From: Rubripirellula sp. | GTDB lineage: Bacteria > Planctomycetota > Planctomycetia > Pirellulales > Pirellulaceae | Assembly (NCBI GenBank): GCA_965216875.1 | Contig: OZ244207.1 | Coordinates: forward strand, 5,568,001-5,632,000 | Length of the DNA: 64,000 bases | Direction of reading: 5' to 3' | Shown: piece after piece, positions 1 through 9,545 of the stretch | Numbering within the stretch: the first letter of the stretch is position 1 | Layout of the letters: each line of letters starts with the position of its first letter | Position numbers and translations under genes: made by a program | The notes under the pieces: model-generated | Told to the model about the DNA's origin: nothing | Databases searched by the model: none | What the model saw: only the letters and a program-made list of their open reading frames with translations

Positions 1-433
1 AGTTGGGACGCAAATGATCCATCGTGATGCTCGGCAACATCACCATCGTGTAAAGCGTGATGTCGTCGGTGGCCCCATACATGATGTGGGCCATGTGCAT
101 TTCCATCGTCATCTGTGTCGGCGTTGCACCACGGTTGGTCAACACGCCATCGACGGTGATTCCGGGACCAGGCGGTGGTGAGGTCGGCGGAACACCCAAA
201 GCCGCCGTGTCCGAGACTTTTCTCGACCCGATCTTGTTGTCTTCCATGTACATGTTCATGTACTTGTACTCGACCATCCACTCGCCCTTGTTGTGCAGAT
301 GGTCTCCCATGATGCCTGCGGGAGCATGCTTGTCAGCCATCGACTTGCGGCCGGGGTGATCGGCGTTTGCGCTCGACGTGAAAACGAGACCTGCTGCGGC
401 AACGAGCGAGAAAAAGAGGGATGAGATTTTCAT
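1..433 (-). CDS. Exported His/Met-rich protein, probable outer-membrane beta-barrel ('transporter' family); 3' end lies beyond the window edge
   Basis: Not in the ORF track. Manual translation from ATG at 433 gives MKISSLFFSLVAAAGLVFTSSANA|DHPGRKSMADKHAPAGIMGDHLHNKGEWMVEYKYMNMYM...QMTMEMHMAHIMYGATDDITLYTMVM, i.e. a signal peptide plus the HAPxGxMGDHxHxKGEWM motif; open to base 1. Confidence 0.7.
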   Translation of the reverse strand, partial: MKISSLFFSLVAAAGLVFTSSANADHPGRKSMADKHAPAGIMGDHLHNKGEWMVEYKYMNMYMEDNKIGSRKVSDTAALGVPPTSPPPGPGITVDGVLTNRGATPTQMTMEMHMAHIMYGATDDITLYTMVMLPSITMDHLRPN

Positions 434-636
434 CTGGAGTCTGGGGTGAGGGTAGGCCAAGTAGACTTATCGAATTCATCGACAGGTCTAATGCCATCAT
501 CAAGACTTGCTCATTGCGCCCTCAAAGTTTGCCTGACCCAAAGGTGAGAGCGCTGTGAAACACACCGATCGCGGTCGGTAAGGCGCTAGCCGCCGGGAAT
601 ACAACACACCTACTCTCCGCGACTTCTCAACAGGCC

Positions 637-715
637 GTAGCTACCTTCGCCAGAAGGTGGATTCCATTTGGTAAACCACTTTCCACGATCACCACGCTCT
701 GGCGAGCGTAGCTAC
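637..715. repeat. REP doublet (REPIN-like), GTAGCTAC family
   Basis: GTAGCTACCTTCGCCAGAAGGTGG (637-660) followed by the inverted partner CCACGCTCTGGCGAGCGTAGCTAC ending at 715. Confidence 0.75.
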
Positions 716-730
716 GAAGCGTGGAAACAC

Positions 731-794
731 CGTTCGTCGTCCAGCCTTTTGGCAGTCTGTGAAAAGATTCCGGCTAAAGCTCGGTACTACGAAC
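731..794. repeat. REP, GTAGTAC family (GTTCGTAGTACCGAGCTTTAGCCGGAATCT on the minus strand) with a degenerate inverted partner
   Basis: AGATTCCGGCTAAAGCTCGGTACTACGAAC at about 765-794; related copies at about 6128-6151, 13001-13031 and 45677-45710. Confidence 0.75.
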
Positions 795-820
795 GGCAGT
801 CTTTGCAGTACCCGATGCGA

Positions 821-2605
821 CTACTCTTCGCTCAACTCCATCCACCGTTCTTCGGCGGCGGTGAGCTCTTCGTTGATCTTGGTCATCTCTTCATGCAAAC
901 GGACCGCTTCGTCGGGATTGGTCTCGTTCATCAACTTGTCGTTAAGCGCCCGCTTTTCATCGTCGAGCCGAGCAATCTTCTTTTCGAGGTTTTTCACCTC
1001 TTTCTCGGCCTTTCGCTGATCACGTTGGTTTTGTCGGTAGTCGGCTTTTCCCTTAGGTGCGGGGCCACTTGGCGATTTCTGAGCCCCTTTTCCCTTTTGC
1101 GCTCGCTCGCGTTCGCCATCGTCAATCTCTTTTTCGACCGATTCAAGGTACGTGTCGTAGTTGCCAAAGTAGTTCTTCACTTTGCCATCGCGAACTTCGA
1201 TCACGCTGGTCGCAACGCGGCGCATGAAGTGGCGATCGTGACTCGTGAAGATCACCGTGCCCTTGTATTGCTCAAGTGCCTCGGCGAGCGCCTCGACGGT
1301 TTCAACATCCAAGTGGTTGCCCGGTTCGTCCAACACCAACACGTTGGCCGTGCCCAACAACAGACTTGCCATACAGAGTCGGGCGCGTTCGCCACCACTT
1401 AGTACCTTGATCTTCTTTTCGATTTGCTCGTCGCGGAACAACAACGCGCCGGCCATCGCCAAAAGATCCTGGCGTGTTGTCTCGGAATCAGAAGCGTATT
1501 CAAGGTGTTCAATGATCGATTGTCGTTCATCCAGACTTGTGTAAACGTGCTGGGCGTAAGTTCCGACCTCGACGCCATACCCCCACTTCATCATGCCGCC
1601 ACGCGGCTCAAGCGAATGAACCAACGTTCGCAAAAGCGTCGTCTTTCCTTGGCCGTTGTCACCAACGATGGCGGCCCGTTGGCCATGTTCGATTTCAAGC
1701 GTGATCTCATCGGCGACTTGGTGATCGGGATAACCGATCACCAAATCTTCGCATCGCACACAGGTTCCCTGGCGCGGTTGGACGCGAGGTGCGCGAATGT
1801 GCACGGTTGGTTCGTCGACTTCGATCTCGGTCGTTTGCAGTCGAGCAAGCTGTTTCGCCTTGCTGCGCGCCTGACTGGCTGTCGACGCGTTTGCTCGATT
1901 CTTGTCGATAAACCGCTGCAACTGTTTCTGCTTTGCCTGCGTGGTCGCGTTGACCCGTCGATCATGCTCTCGGCGTTCTTCACGAAACTCAAGGAACGGA
2001 TCGATTTTGCCCGGGTACATCGTCAACTTGCCCCGTGACAACTCGAGCGTCTGAGAACAGGTGGCCGACAAAAAGGCGCGGTCGTGACTGACGATCAAAG
2101 CGGCCTTGCGGAAATCACGCAAAAAGTGCTCGAGCAAGATCTGCGTACGAAGGTCCAAGAAGTTTGTCGGCTCGTCCAGCATCAGAAGATTCGGATCGTG
2201 CAACAGCAGCGCCGCCAATTTGACTCGGGTCTGCCAACCACCCGACAGCTCCTTGACGGGGCCTTCGAGGTAGGCCCCCTTGAGCTCGAATTGCCCCGCC
2301 ACTTCACCACATCGCCAATCGGGCTGGCCGCTGTCGCGAATCAGAAAATCGAGGGCTGATTCACCCGCCTGAAAAGGATCGTGCTGGCGCAGGTAACCGA
2401 TCCGCAGCGACGGATGGTGGACCACCTCGCCCTTTTCCAGCTCTTCGTTGCCCAACAAGACTTTCAGCAGGGTCGATTTGCCAGCTCCGTTGCGTCCGAT
2501 GAACCCAACCTTGACGTCATCCACCAGCGAGACTTCGGCGCCATCGAGCAGAATCTGGTCGCCAAAACGCTTGTGCGCATCGCGGACTTGAATGAGAACG
2601 GGCAC
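821..2605 (-). CDS. ABC-F family ATP-binding protein (Uup/YheS-like)
   Basis: Two ABC cassettes (GRNGAGKST, LSGGW, LMLDEPTN; GDNGQGKTT, LSGGE, LVLDEPGNHLD), no TM segments, C-terminal coiled coil. Confidence 0.93.
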   Translation of the reverse strand: MPVLIQVRDAHKRFGDQILLDGAEVSLVDDVKVGFIGRNGAGKSTLLKVLLGNEELEKGEVVHHPSLRIGYLRQHDPFQAGESALDFLIRDSGQPDWRCGEVAGQFELKGAYLEGPVKELSGGWQTRVKLAALLLHDPNLLMLDEPTNFLDLRTQILLEHFLRDFRKAALIVSHDRAFLSATCSQTLELSRGKLTMYPGKIDPFLEFREERREHDRRVNATTQAKQKQLQRFIDKNRANASTASQARSKAKQLARLQTTEIEVDEPTVHIRAPRVQPRQGTCVRCEDLVIGYPDHQVADEITLEIEHGQRAAIVGDNGQGKTTLLRTLVHSLEPRGGMMKWGYGVEVGTYAQHVYTSLDERQSIIEHLEYASDSETTRQDLLAMAGALLFRDEQIEKKIKVLSGGERARLCMASLLLGTANVLVLDEPGNHLDVETVEALAEALEQYKGTVIFTSHDRHFMRRVATSVIEVRDGKVKNYFGNYDTYLESVEKEIDDGERERAQKGKGAQKSPSGPAPKGKADYRQNQRDQRKAEKEVKNLEKKIARLDDEKRALNDKLMNETNPDEAVRLHEEMTKINEELTAAEERWMELSEE

Positions 2606-3314
2606 GGTCAGGACACAAGTGGGTTGAAGGTTTTTGGACGAAAAATGCCTGCTGGGAAACTAAACGACACCCGCCTGTGCGGCAATGGCAGGCTACCAAG
2701 CTCAACCCCCAATGCACGCGAGTTCGAACAGGTGAGCCGCTGGCCGTGAGTCCCCCGATTACTCGGCAGCAGAACGGGCCAACGGCAGCAGAACGGGCAC
2801 TCACCAGCTGAACCGGCTCTCGCCAGCAAAACTGCCCCTTGGCAGCTGGAGAGCGCAATGCCCGGCCGCTGACGCGGGCGCGGTCCATCTATCGCGATGG
2901 CCAATTCAACGCCCCCGATCGAACACCCCGCCAGCGATCGTGCAGGCGAGATCAAAAGTTGTTGACCGAGCCTACCCTGATCGCGGCGGATTATCTAAAT
3001 TGCTTGGGTCATTTTTAGCGTCGAACTCGCGGACCTTCACTCAGTCGTTTTTTGGCCATTTTTGCGCCAGCAGCGATGCCGGAATCGTGCCAAAAACGAA
3101 TCCGGATTGTCGTGTGCGAGATTCGTTTAGCGCCCGGTTCCACGGACCGGCGTGAGGCCCCGAGCAGGTGCCAAACGGGGGATGACGCGACGACACGAGG
3201 ATGCTTTCCAACGGACACCGATTACAACTCAATGACATCTTCGATTGGATACGATTGATTGTCAGTGGTGCCCTGCCCCATCTAGCCGACTTCTGATTGG
3301 CGTTTGCCATCACC

Positions 3315-6059
3315 ATGAATAGTTATTCCTTGGACTACATCGACGACTTGTATGTCCAATACGTTCGCGACCCCTCGAGTGTCTCCGAGACGTGGCGTCA
3401 ATATTTCGAGCAGTTCATGGTCGCTCGACCAAACGGCTCGGCCGCTGCCGACGGCGGCAAGACGAGCGGCTCAAAAGAGATCGACCAAACGCTCTGGCTT
3501 TCGCGTATCCAAGATCGCGTCAACAACCTGGTTCGCGAGTACCGCGTGCGCGGCCACCTTGTTGCGAACCTCGATCCACTTGGATTTGGTCGGCCTGACA
3601 GCCCCCAACTCAATCCCGAGGTCTACGGGCTAAGTGACGAAGACCTGCGTCGCCCCTTCGATTCTTCCGCTCTCGAAAACGTCATCGGCGGAACACTTGA
3701 ATCGATTCTGACGCGTTTGAACAACACATACTGCCGCAGCATCGGCGCGCAATTCATGCACATCGACCGTCGCAATATCCGCGACTGGTTGCAGCGGCGG
3801 ATGGAAACGACAGAGAACCGCCTTGAACTCTCGCACGATGTGCAACGTCGTATCTACGCACGACTTGCCGATGCATCGATCTTTGAAGAGTTCGTGCGGC
3901 GCAAGTTTGTCGGCGCGAAAACCTTCTCGCTCGAAGGAGCCGAGAGCCTCATTCCGATGCTTGACTTGGCGCTCGAAAAAGCATGCCAACACAATGTCAA
4001 AGAAGTCGTGATGGGGATGGCCCATCGCGGCCGCTTGAACGTCATGGCAAACATCTTGAAAAAGCGCGCCATGAACATCTTCTGGTCGTTCGACGACCCG
4101 AACCCCGAGATGAACCGGGGTGGCGGCGACGTGCGTTACCATCTCGGTTACAGCAGCGACTGGAAAACCGCTTCAGGCGACAACCTGCACATCTCGCTGT
4201 GCTTTAACCCCAGCCACCTCGAGTTCGTCAACACGGTCGCCCAAGGTCGAACGCGTTGCAAACAAGACAAGGTTGGCGACGAGAAACGCCAGGAAGTCCT
4301 GACCATCCTGATCCATGGCGACGCGGCCTTTGCCGGCGAAGGCATCGTTCAAGAAACGCTCAACCTGAGCCAACTCGAAGGCTATCGCACCGGTGGCACA
4401 CTGCACATCGTCATCAACAACCAAATCGGATTCACGACTGAACCCGACCAGGGCCGTAGCACCACCTACGCGACTGACATCGCCAAGATGCTGCAGATCC
4501 CCGTTTTCCACGTCAATGGCGAGGACCCCGAGGCGGTCGCTCAGGTCGTTTCGCTGGCGATGGACTTCCGCAAAGAATTCCATCGCGATGTTGTGATTGA
4601 CCTGTACGCGTTCCGGCGCTGGGGACACAACGAAGGGGACGAACCGCGGTTCACTCAGCCGCGAATGTATTCCGAAATCGACCGCCGCGCTAGCGTTCGC
4701 GAAAACTATCTCGCAAGCCTGCTTGAGCTTGGCAAAATCAGCCCGCAAGAAGCCGAAGAGATTCAGAAAGAGCGAACGGAAAAACTCGAGTCTGAATTCG
4801 AGGCCAGCAAAAACGAACCTTTCGTTCCCGACACGCAAACGCTTTCGGCCGATTGGAGCGAGTACTTCGGTGGTCTCGAACCAACCGACCCCACCGACAC
4901 AACGTTCGATGCCGCCGAGCTAGGCCAGTTGCTTGATTCGATCACTCGGCTACCCAACGCGTTCGCTGCAAACAAAAAGCTTCGCCGCCCGATGGCTCAG
5001 CGCCGCGAGATGGCCGAAGGCAAACGCCCGCTCGACTGGGCAAGTGCTGAAGCCGCTGCGTTTGCGAGCCTGCTCGCGCATGGCTATCCCATTCGCTTGA
5101 CCGGCCAAGATGCCCAGCGCGGCACGTTCAGCCAACGTCACGCCGTGCTGCATGATCCCCAATCGGGCGAAACCTACACGCCACTGGAAAACCTTGGCGT
5201 CGAACAAGCCACTTTCGAGATTCACAACAGTCCGCTCAGCGAAGCGGGCGTTCTCGGTTTCGAATACGGTTACTCACTTGATTGCCCCGACGGGCTGGTC
5301 GCTTGGGAAGCACAGTTCGGAGACTTCTGGAACTGCGCCCAAGTCATCGTCGACCAATTCATCGCAAGCGCCGAAGACAAGTGGAATCGTCTAAGTGGCC
5401 TGGTGATGCTGCTGCCACATGGGTTCGAAGGCCAAGGCCCTGAACACTGCAGCGCTCGCGTCGAACGCTTCCTTTTGATGGCGGCCGAACACAATATCCA
5501 AGTCTGCCAACCCACCACGCCGGCTCAGTACTTCCACCTGCTTCGTCGACAGGTTCTCCGCAAATGGCGCAAGCCGCTTGTTGTGCTCACGCCCAAGAGC
5601 TTGCTTCGCCATCCGATGGTGATCAGCTCCATGGATGAACTCACCGATGGCAGTTTCCAAAAAATCCTGCCCGATGATGAGATCGCGCTCAGCGATTGCC
5701 GACGTTTGATCCTCTGTACCGGCAAGGTCTACTACGACCTCGTGGAAGCCCGCAAGAAACGCAAGATCAAAGGGCTCGGCATCATGCGAATCGAACAACT
5801 CTATCCGCTCAGCGGTGACGAGTTGCTCACTGCACTTGATGGGCTTGCAGGTGGGACCGACGTCTATTGGGTCCAGGAAGAACCGACCAACATGGGCGCG
5901 TGGCCGTATTTGAAGATGAACTACGGCGATTTGCTGAACGAAAAATACAAACTGCAACGTATTTCGCGTGCCGAGTCAGCCAGCCCGAGTACCGGCAGTA
6001 TGGCTGCCCACAAGCTGGAGCAATCCGAGCTGATCGACGAAGCCCTCGCCGGACTCTAA
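3315..6059 (+). CDS. sucA: 2-oxoglutarate dehydrogenase E1 component
   Basis: FSLEGAE, GMAHRGRLN, GDVRYHLG, FNPSHLE, HGDAAFAGEG, GHNEGDEP, WEAQFGDF, LLPHGFEGQGPEHCSAR; ATG at 3315 chosen. Confidence 0.97.
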   Translation: MNSYSLDYIDDLYVQYVRDPSSVSETWRQYFEQFMVARPNGSAAADGGKTSGSKEIDQTLWLSRIQDRVNNLVREYRVRGHLVANLDPLGFGRPDSPQLNPEVYGLSDEDLRRPFDSSALENVIGGTLESILTRLNNTYCRSIGAQFMHIDRRNIRDWLQRRMETTENRLELSHDVQRRIYARLADASIFEEFVRRKFVGAKTFSLEGAESLIPMLDLALEKACQHNVKEVVMGMAHRGRLNVMANILKKRAMNIFWSFDDPNPEMNRGGGDVRYHLGYSSDWKTASGDNLHISLCFNPSHLEFVNTVAQGRTRCKQDKVGDEKRQEVLTILIHGDAAFAGEGIVQETLNLSQLEGYRTGGTLHIVINNQIGFTTEPDQGRSTTYATDIAKMLQIPVFHVNGEDPEAVAQVVSLAMDFRKEFHRDVVIDLYAFRRWGHNEGDEPRFTQPRMYSEIDRRASVRENYLASLLELGKISPQEAEEIQKERTEKLESEFEASKNEPFVPDTQTLSADWSEYFGGLEPTDPTDTTFDAAELGQLLDSITRLPNAFAANKKLRRPMAQRREMAEGKRPLDWASAEAAAFASLLAHGYPIRLTGQDAQRGTFSQRHAVLHDPQSGETYTPLENLGVEQATFEIHNSPLSEAGVLGFEYGYSLDCPDGLVAWEAQFGDFWNCAQVIVDQFIASAEDKWNRLSGLVMLLPHGFEGQGPEHCSARVERFLLMAAEHNIQVCQPTTPAQYFHLLRRQVLRKWRKPLVVLTPKSLLRHPMVISSMDELTDGSFQKILPDDEIALSDCRRLILCTGKVYYDLVEARKKRKIKGLGIMRIEQLYPLSGDELLTALDGLAGGTDVYWVQEEPTNMGAWPYLKMNYGDLLNEKYKLQRISRAESASPSTGSMAAHKLEQSELIDEALAGL

Positions 6060-6062
6060 CCA

Positions 6063-6103
6063 GTAGGCCGGCATCAAGGAGCGACAGCGACGCGGATCCG
6101 GCA
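6063..6103 (+). repeat. REP, GTAGGCCGG family
   Basis: GTAGGCCGGCATCAAGGAGCGACAGCGACGCGGATCCGGCA; a near-identical copy is on the minus strand at 31460-31499. Confidence 0.75.
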
Positions 6104-6161
6104 TGAGTGGAGCCGGCTAGGACTAAGCCGGCTAAAGCCTGTACTACGAACGGTCGGCAGC

Positions 6162-7835
6162 CTACAGATCGTCGCGTAGCTGGTCAAAGTACTGCTGAGC
6201 GTGCTCGCGTTCGGTCCGCGGCAACGTTTGATTCTCAGCTGGGTCACTTTCCTTGCTCAGCTCCGACAGGATCGCTGCTTTAACAGCCTCACGTGTGACG
6301 CCCTTTCGGTTGGGACCATCGGCAAAGCCCGAAACGATCGCTTTGCCTTTCTTGACGTCACCACGAACCTGAGTTTCGTACGTGTTGGTTTCACCTTCGA
6401 GCTCGGGGCGGTCACCCGATCCGTTGCCTTTGCCAAGCCCATCGCCTTGGCCTTGTCCTTGTCCCTGCCCCTGGCCAAATCCTTGACCAAAACCATTGCC
6501 TTGGCATTGTTGGCATCCGGCGCCTCCACAACTCTTGCATCGCATTTGGCTTTGCGACTGCGACAGCTGATCCATCGCCGATTGCAGGTCTTCAAGCTCG
6601 GACATTTGCTGCTGCATTTCCCCAAGCTGATCGGCCATCTGTTGCATCGCGTCAGCGGCCTGCTGGGCATCGCCCTGCTGCATGGCTTGCTGAGCGCGGC
6701 TCATCGATTCGGCCATTTGTTGCATCTGACCCATCTGTGAATCTTTCTGCGAAAGCTCGTTCATCTTTTGTTGCAGACGAGCAGCTTCCGCACCGTCACC
6801 TTTCGAGCGAGCTTGATCGATTTGACGCTGCAGATCTTCTTTTTGCTTTTTGTGTTCTTCAACCGCCTTCTGCATGGCGTTCTTCATCTGCTCAATCTGT
6901 TTCTTGAGCTGCTCTTTTTGCTGGTCCGAAAGCTTGCCATTTCGAATTTGGTTGGCCAGTTGCTTTGCCATCTCTTTGGCCTTGCCAAATTCGCCCTTTT
7001 CCATCGACTTGGCAACCTTTTCGCCAGGTCCCGATTCGAGTCCCTTCATTTGCGACATGGCTCGACGCATCTGGTCGGACGAACCTAGTTTTTGACGTCG
7101 CTCTTCAAGTTGTTTCTTGAGGTCGTTCAGCGCGATCATGGCCTCCTTGCGAGTCATGTCCTGCCGCTTGGTGATCTTGTCCAAGTCGGCTTCCATCTTC
7201 TCAAACAGCTCGCGTGATTCTTTCAGACCATCACTTTCAGCCTTCTTGCGTTGCGCTTGGATGCGTTTCTTGAGCGCGGATGCAGCCTTTTGAACCTGCG
7301 ATACTTCCATCGCATCGACTTTCTTGGTGCTGCTTGCGTCAGTCTCCTTTGCTGGCTCGACCAGCAACAGAACGATGGCCAAGACAGGAACGACCGAAAC
7401 TGGCAACCAACTCATCTTGGTGGGCCGCAACAGGAAACGATCTGAAATCGAAAGTTGCCCTGCTCGCTTTTCGGCGTCAGCCGTCAATGCGATACCGAAA
7501 TCCGTTTCTCGCTCGGTCTCTTCAAGCGTCATCGAACTGCTGAGGCGTTCTTTGAGTCCAAATCGCTTGTCGACTTCGGCAGCGACCGATTCGGCCGATG
7601 GTGCGGTCATCCATGCATAGACAGCCGCAGCGATCAATGCGGCACCCGCACAAGCGCCAATCCAGCTGTAAACCCAAGTATTGAAATCGACATTCATCGC
7701 CCGCAGTGCAGGTAACGAAATCGCAATGGTGGCAACGAGCAGACCAGCGAACAACGTGACGCTCAGCACGTGACCGAAACGCCCCAAAATAAGGCGGCGG
7801 CGAGCACTCTGGACTTGGCTTTCAACTCGGTTCAT
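6162..7835 (-). CDS. Membrane-anchored long coiled-coil protein with Gln/Gly-rich tail and CxxCxxxGCxxC
   Basis: Three N-terminal TM stretches, about 250 aa of Q/K/E coiled coil, CKSCGGAGCQQC, GQ repeats, C-terminal LPRTEREHAQQYF; likely start MNRVES at 7835. Confidence 0.75.
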   Translation of the reverse strand: MNRVESQVQSARRRLILGRFGHVLSVTLFAGLLVATIAISLPALRAMNVDFNTWVYSWIGACAGAALIAAAVYAWMTAPSAESVAAEVDKRFGLKERLSSSMTLEETERETDFGIALTADAEKRAGQLSISDRFLLRPTKMSWLPVSVVPVLAIVLLLVEPAKETDASSTKKVDAMEVSQVQKAASALKKRIQAQRKKAESDGLKESRELFEKMEADLDKITKRQDMTRKEAMIALNDLKKQLEERRQKLGSSDQMRRAMSQMKGLESGPGEKVAKSMEKGEFGKAKEMAKQLANQIRNGKLSDQQKEQLKKQIEQMKNAMQKAVEEHKKQKEDLQRQIDQARSKGDGAEAARLQQKMNELSQKDSQMGQMQQMAESMSRAQQAMQQGDAQQAADAMQQMADQLGEMQQQMSELEDLQSAMDQLSQSQSQMRCKSCGGAGCQQCQGNGFGQGFGQGQGQGQGQGDGLGKGNGSGDRPELEGETNTYETQVRGDVKKGKAIVSGFADGPNRKGVTREAVKAAILSELSKESDPAENQTLPRTEREHAQQYFDQLRDDL

Positions 7836-7990
7836 CGCAAGAATCCCGTCAGAACGAATGGGTCTGGGCGTTGTCTTAGTTTCAAATTGTCGGTTATTCG
7901 GTTGCGGGCGCAGGAGCGCCGTATGATAAGTATAGGGTGGATCGGCACACCCAATTGAGGCCGAATTTCCCGAATTGCCGAAGAATTGAG

Positions 7991-8419
7991 ATGCTCCGCA
8001 GGCCTTCGCTTCCCGACCCAGACGCACTAACCACTGCTGACGTCGTGATTTACGACGGCGAGTGCAATTTTTGCCAAGGTCAGGTAGCTAACCTTCGGCG
8101 ATTTGATGTGGGCGGTCGTCACCTCGCCTTTCTCTCGCTCCACGACCCCCGAGTTGCCGAGCGTTACCCCGATCTGAGCCACGACGAACTGATGGAACAG
8201 ATGTACGTGATTGACGGTAAAAATCGTCGTCACGGGGGTGCGGATGCCGTGCGATACCTCTCACGCCGACTGCCGCTCCTTTGGCCGATCATGCCGATCC
8301 TGCACATTCCCGGGACGGCCAGATTATGGCGATGGATGTACCGGCAAGTCGCCAAGCGTCGCTACAAAATCTCGGGACGATCCTGCGACGGCGATTCGTG
8401 CAGCGTCCATTTCGACTGA
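7991..8419 (+). CDS. DCC family thiol-disulfide oxidoreductase-like protein (DUF393)
   Basis: VVIYDGECNFC (DxxCxxC) motif and C-terminal YRQVAKRRY. Confidence 0.88.
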   Translation: MLRRPSLPDPDALTTADVVIYDGECNFCQGQVANLRRFDVGGRHLAFLSLHDPRVAERYPDLSHDELMEQMYVIDGKNRRHGGADAVRYLSRRLPLLWPIMPILHIPGTARLWRWMYRQVAKRRYKISGRSCDGDSCSVHFD

Positions 8420-8507
8420 GAACGTTGGTGAGAACGCCGGGGGCTGTACTTGAACGCCCTCTGTCTTCAGGGACTCGTAGCCTCGTCCACTACCGAGCGT
8501 GAAGATT

Positions 8508-8531
8508 GGTGCGTGCAAGCACACACCCTAC
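8508..8531 (-). repeat. REP, GTAGGGTG family
   Basis: GGTGCGTGCAAGCACACACCCTAC; identical copies at 15669-15692 and 28431-28454, inverted copy at 28383-28406. Confidence 0.8.
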
Positions 8532-8547
8532 GAAACGACTCTTTCGG

Positions 8548-9348
8548 TTACGCGAACCAGTCGACCGCGTTCTTGAACATCGCAAGTCCGTCGCCGTGTT
8601 CTGGCTGCTCTTTGCGACGTGTCCACGTCGGGTGTTGCGTCGCATCGATATGTCGTTCGGGATGCGGCATCAAACCAAACACGCGTCCGGTTGAATCGCA
8701 GACGCCAGCGACGTTTGCATCAGCGCCATTGGGGTTCATCGGAAACGGAAGCATCTCGTTTTGGACGCCACCCTCGGGACCGTCACAGTAGCGAATCGCC
8801 AACCGTCCGGCATTGCCCAGTTCGTTCAACACCGATTCGCCTGCTGCCACAAACTTGCCTTCGGCGTTTGCCATCGGCAGGTACATTCGCTCGATGTCTT
8901 TGAGAAAGACGCAGGGTGTTTGGTCAACGGCCAAGTGCACCCAGCGATCTTCGAACCGACCATGGTTGTTCCAGGTAAGTGTGGCGGGAGTCGTGTCTTC
9001 ACCTCCAACGCCCTCGGTCAACACGCCCAGCCGCATCAAGACCTGCATGCCGTTGCAGATTCCGAGCACGAGACGGTCGCCGTTGCCATGAACAAAGGCA
9101 TCGACCATGTCCGACAGGTGCCGCCGCAGTCGAGATGCAAGAATCCGCCCGGCTGCGATGTCGTCGCCATAGCTAAACCCGCCAGGAACGCACAGCACTT
9201 GGTAACGATCCATCAGGGCCGGGTTTTCGATCAACCGATTAACGTGCACACGTTCGGCTGTCGCACCAGCTCGCTCAAACGCATGCGCGGTCTCTTCGTC
9301 ACAGTTGGTGCCTGGGGCACGAAGCACTAAAACGCGAGGAGAGGCCAT
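8548..9348 (-). CDS. purQ: Phosphoribosylformylglycinamidine synthase glutamine amidotransferase subunit
   Basis: PGTNCD, PGGFSYGD, LGICNGMQ, GLMPHPER. Confidence 0.95.
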   Translation of the reverse strand: MASPRVLVLRAPGTNCDEETAHAFERAGATAERVHVNRLIENPALMDRYQVLCVPGGFSYGDDIAAGRILASRLRRHLSDMVDAFVHGNGDRLVLGICNGMQVLMRLGVLTEGVGGEDTTPATLTWNNHGRFEDRWVHLAVDQTPCVFLKDIERMYLPMANAEGKFVAAGESVLNELGNAGRLAIRYCDGPEGGVQNEMLPFPMNPNGADANVAGVCDSTGRVFGLMPHPERHIDATQHPTWTRRKEQPEHGDGLAMFKNAVDWFA

Positions 9349-9545
9349 GTGTCGTCGTTAGGGGGTTGGATAAAGGTCGGGCATTGGCACGGATTGTCGG
9401 CCAAGATTCTTCCGGCGAAGTTTACGCTCGAAGCGATTCTTTGAGAACCACGTGAGGTTCACCGCAGCGCTGATCCCGTCCTCACCGCCGAGGCAGCCAG
9501 AAAAAAGCCCCGGTGAGCCAAGCGTTGGCCGTTTCGCCGCCAGGG

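Noticed and set aside
2764..2798. 16-bp direct repeat CGGCAGCAGAACGGGC x2 upstream of the ABC-F gene
   Set aside because: Only two copies and no supporting context; likely a local duplication.
57..2955. Plus-strand ORFs such as 57-359, 668-1402 and 1424-2038, and similar antisense ORFs across the window
   Set aside because: Shadow frames of well-supported genes in GC-rich DNA; no independent motifs.
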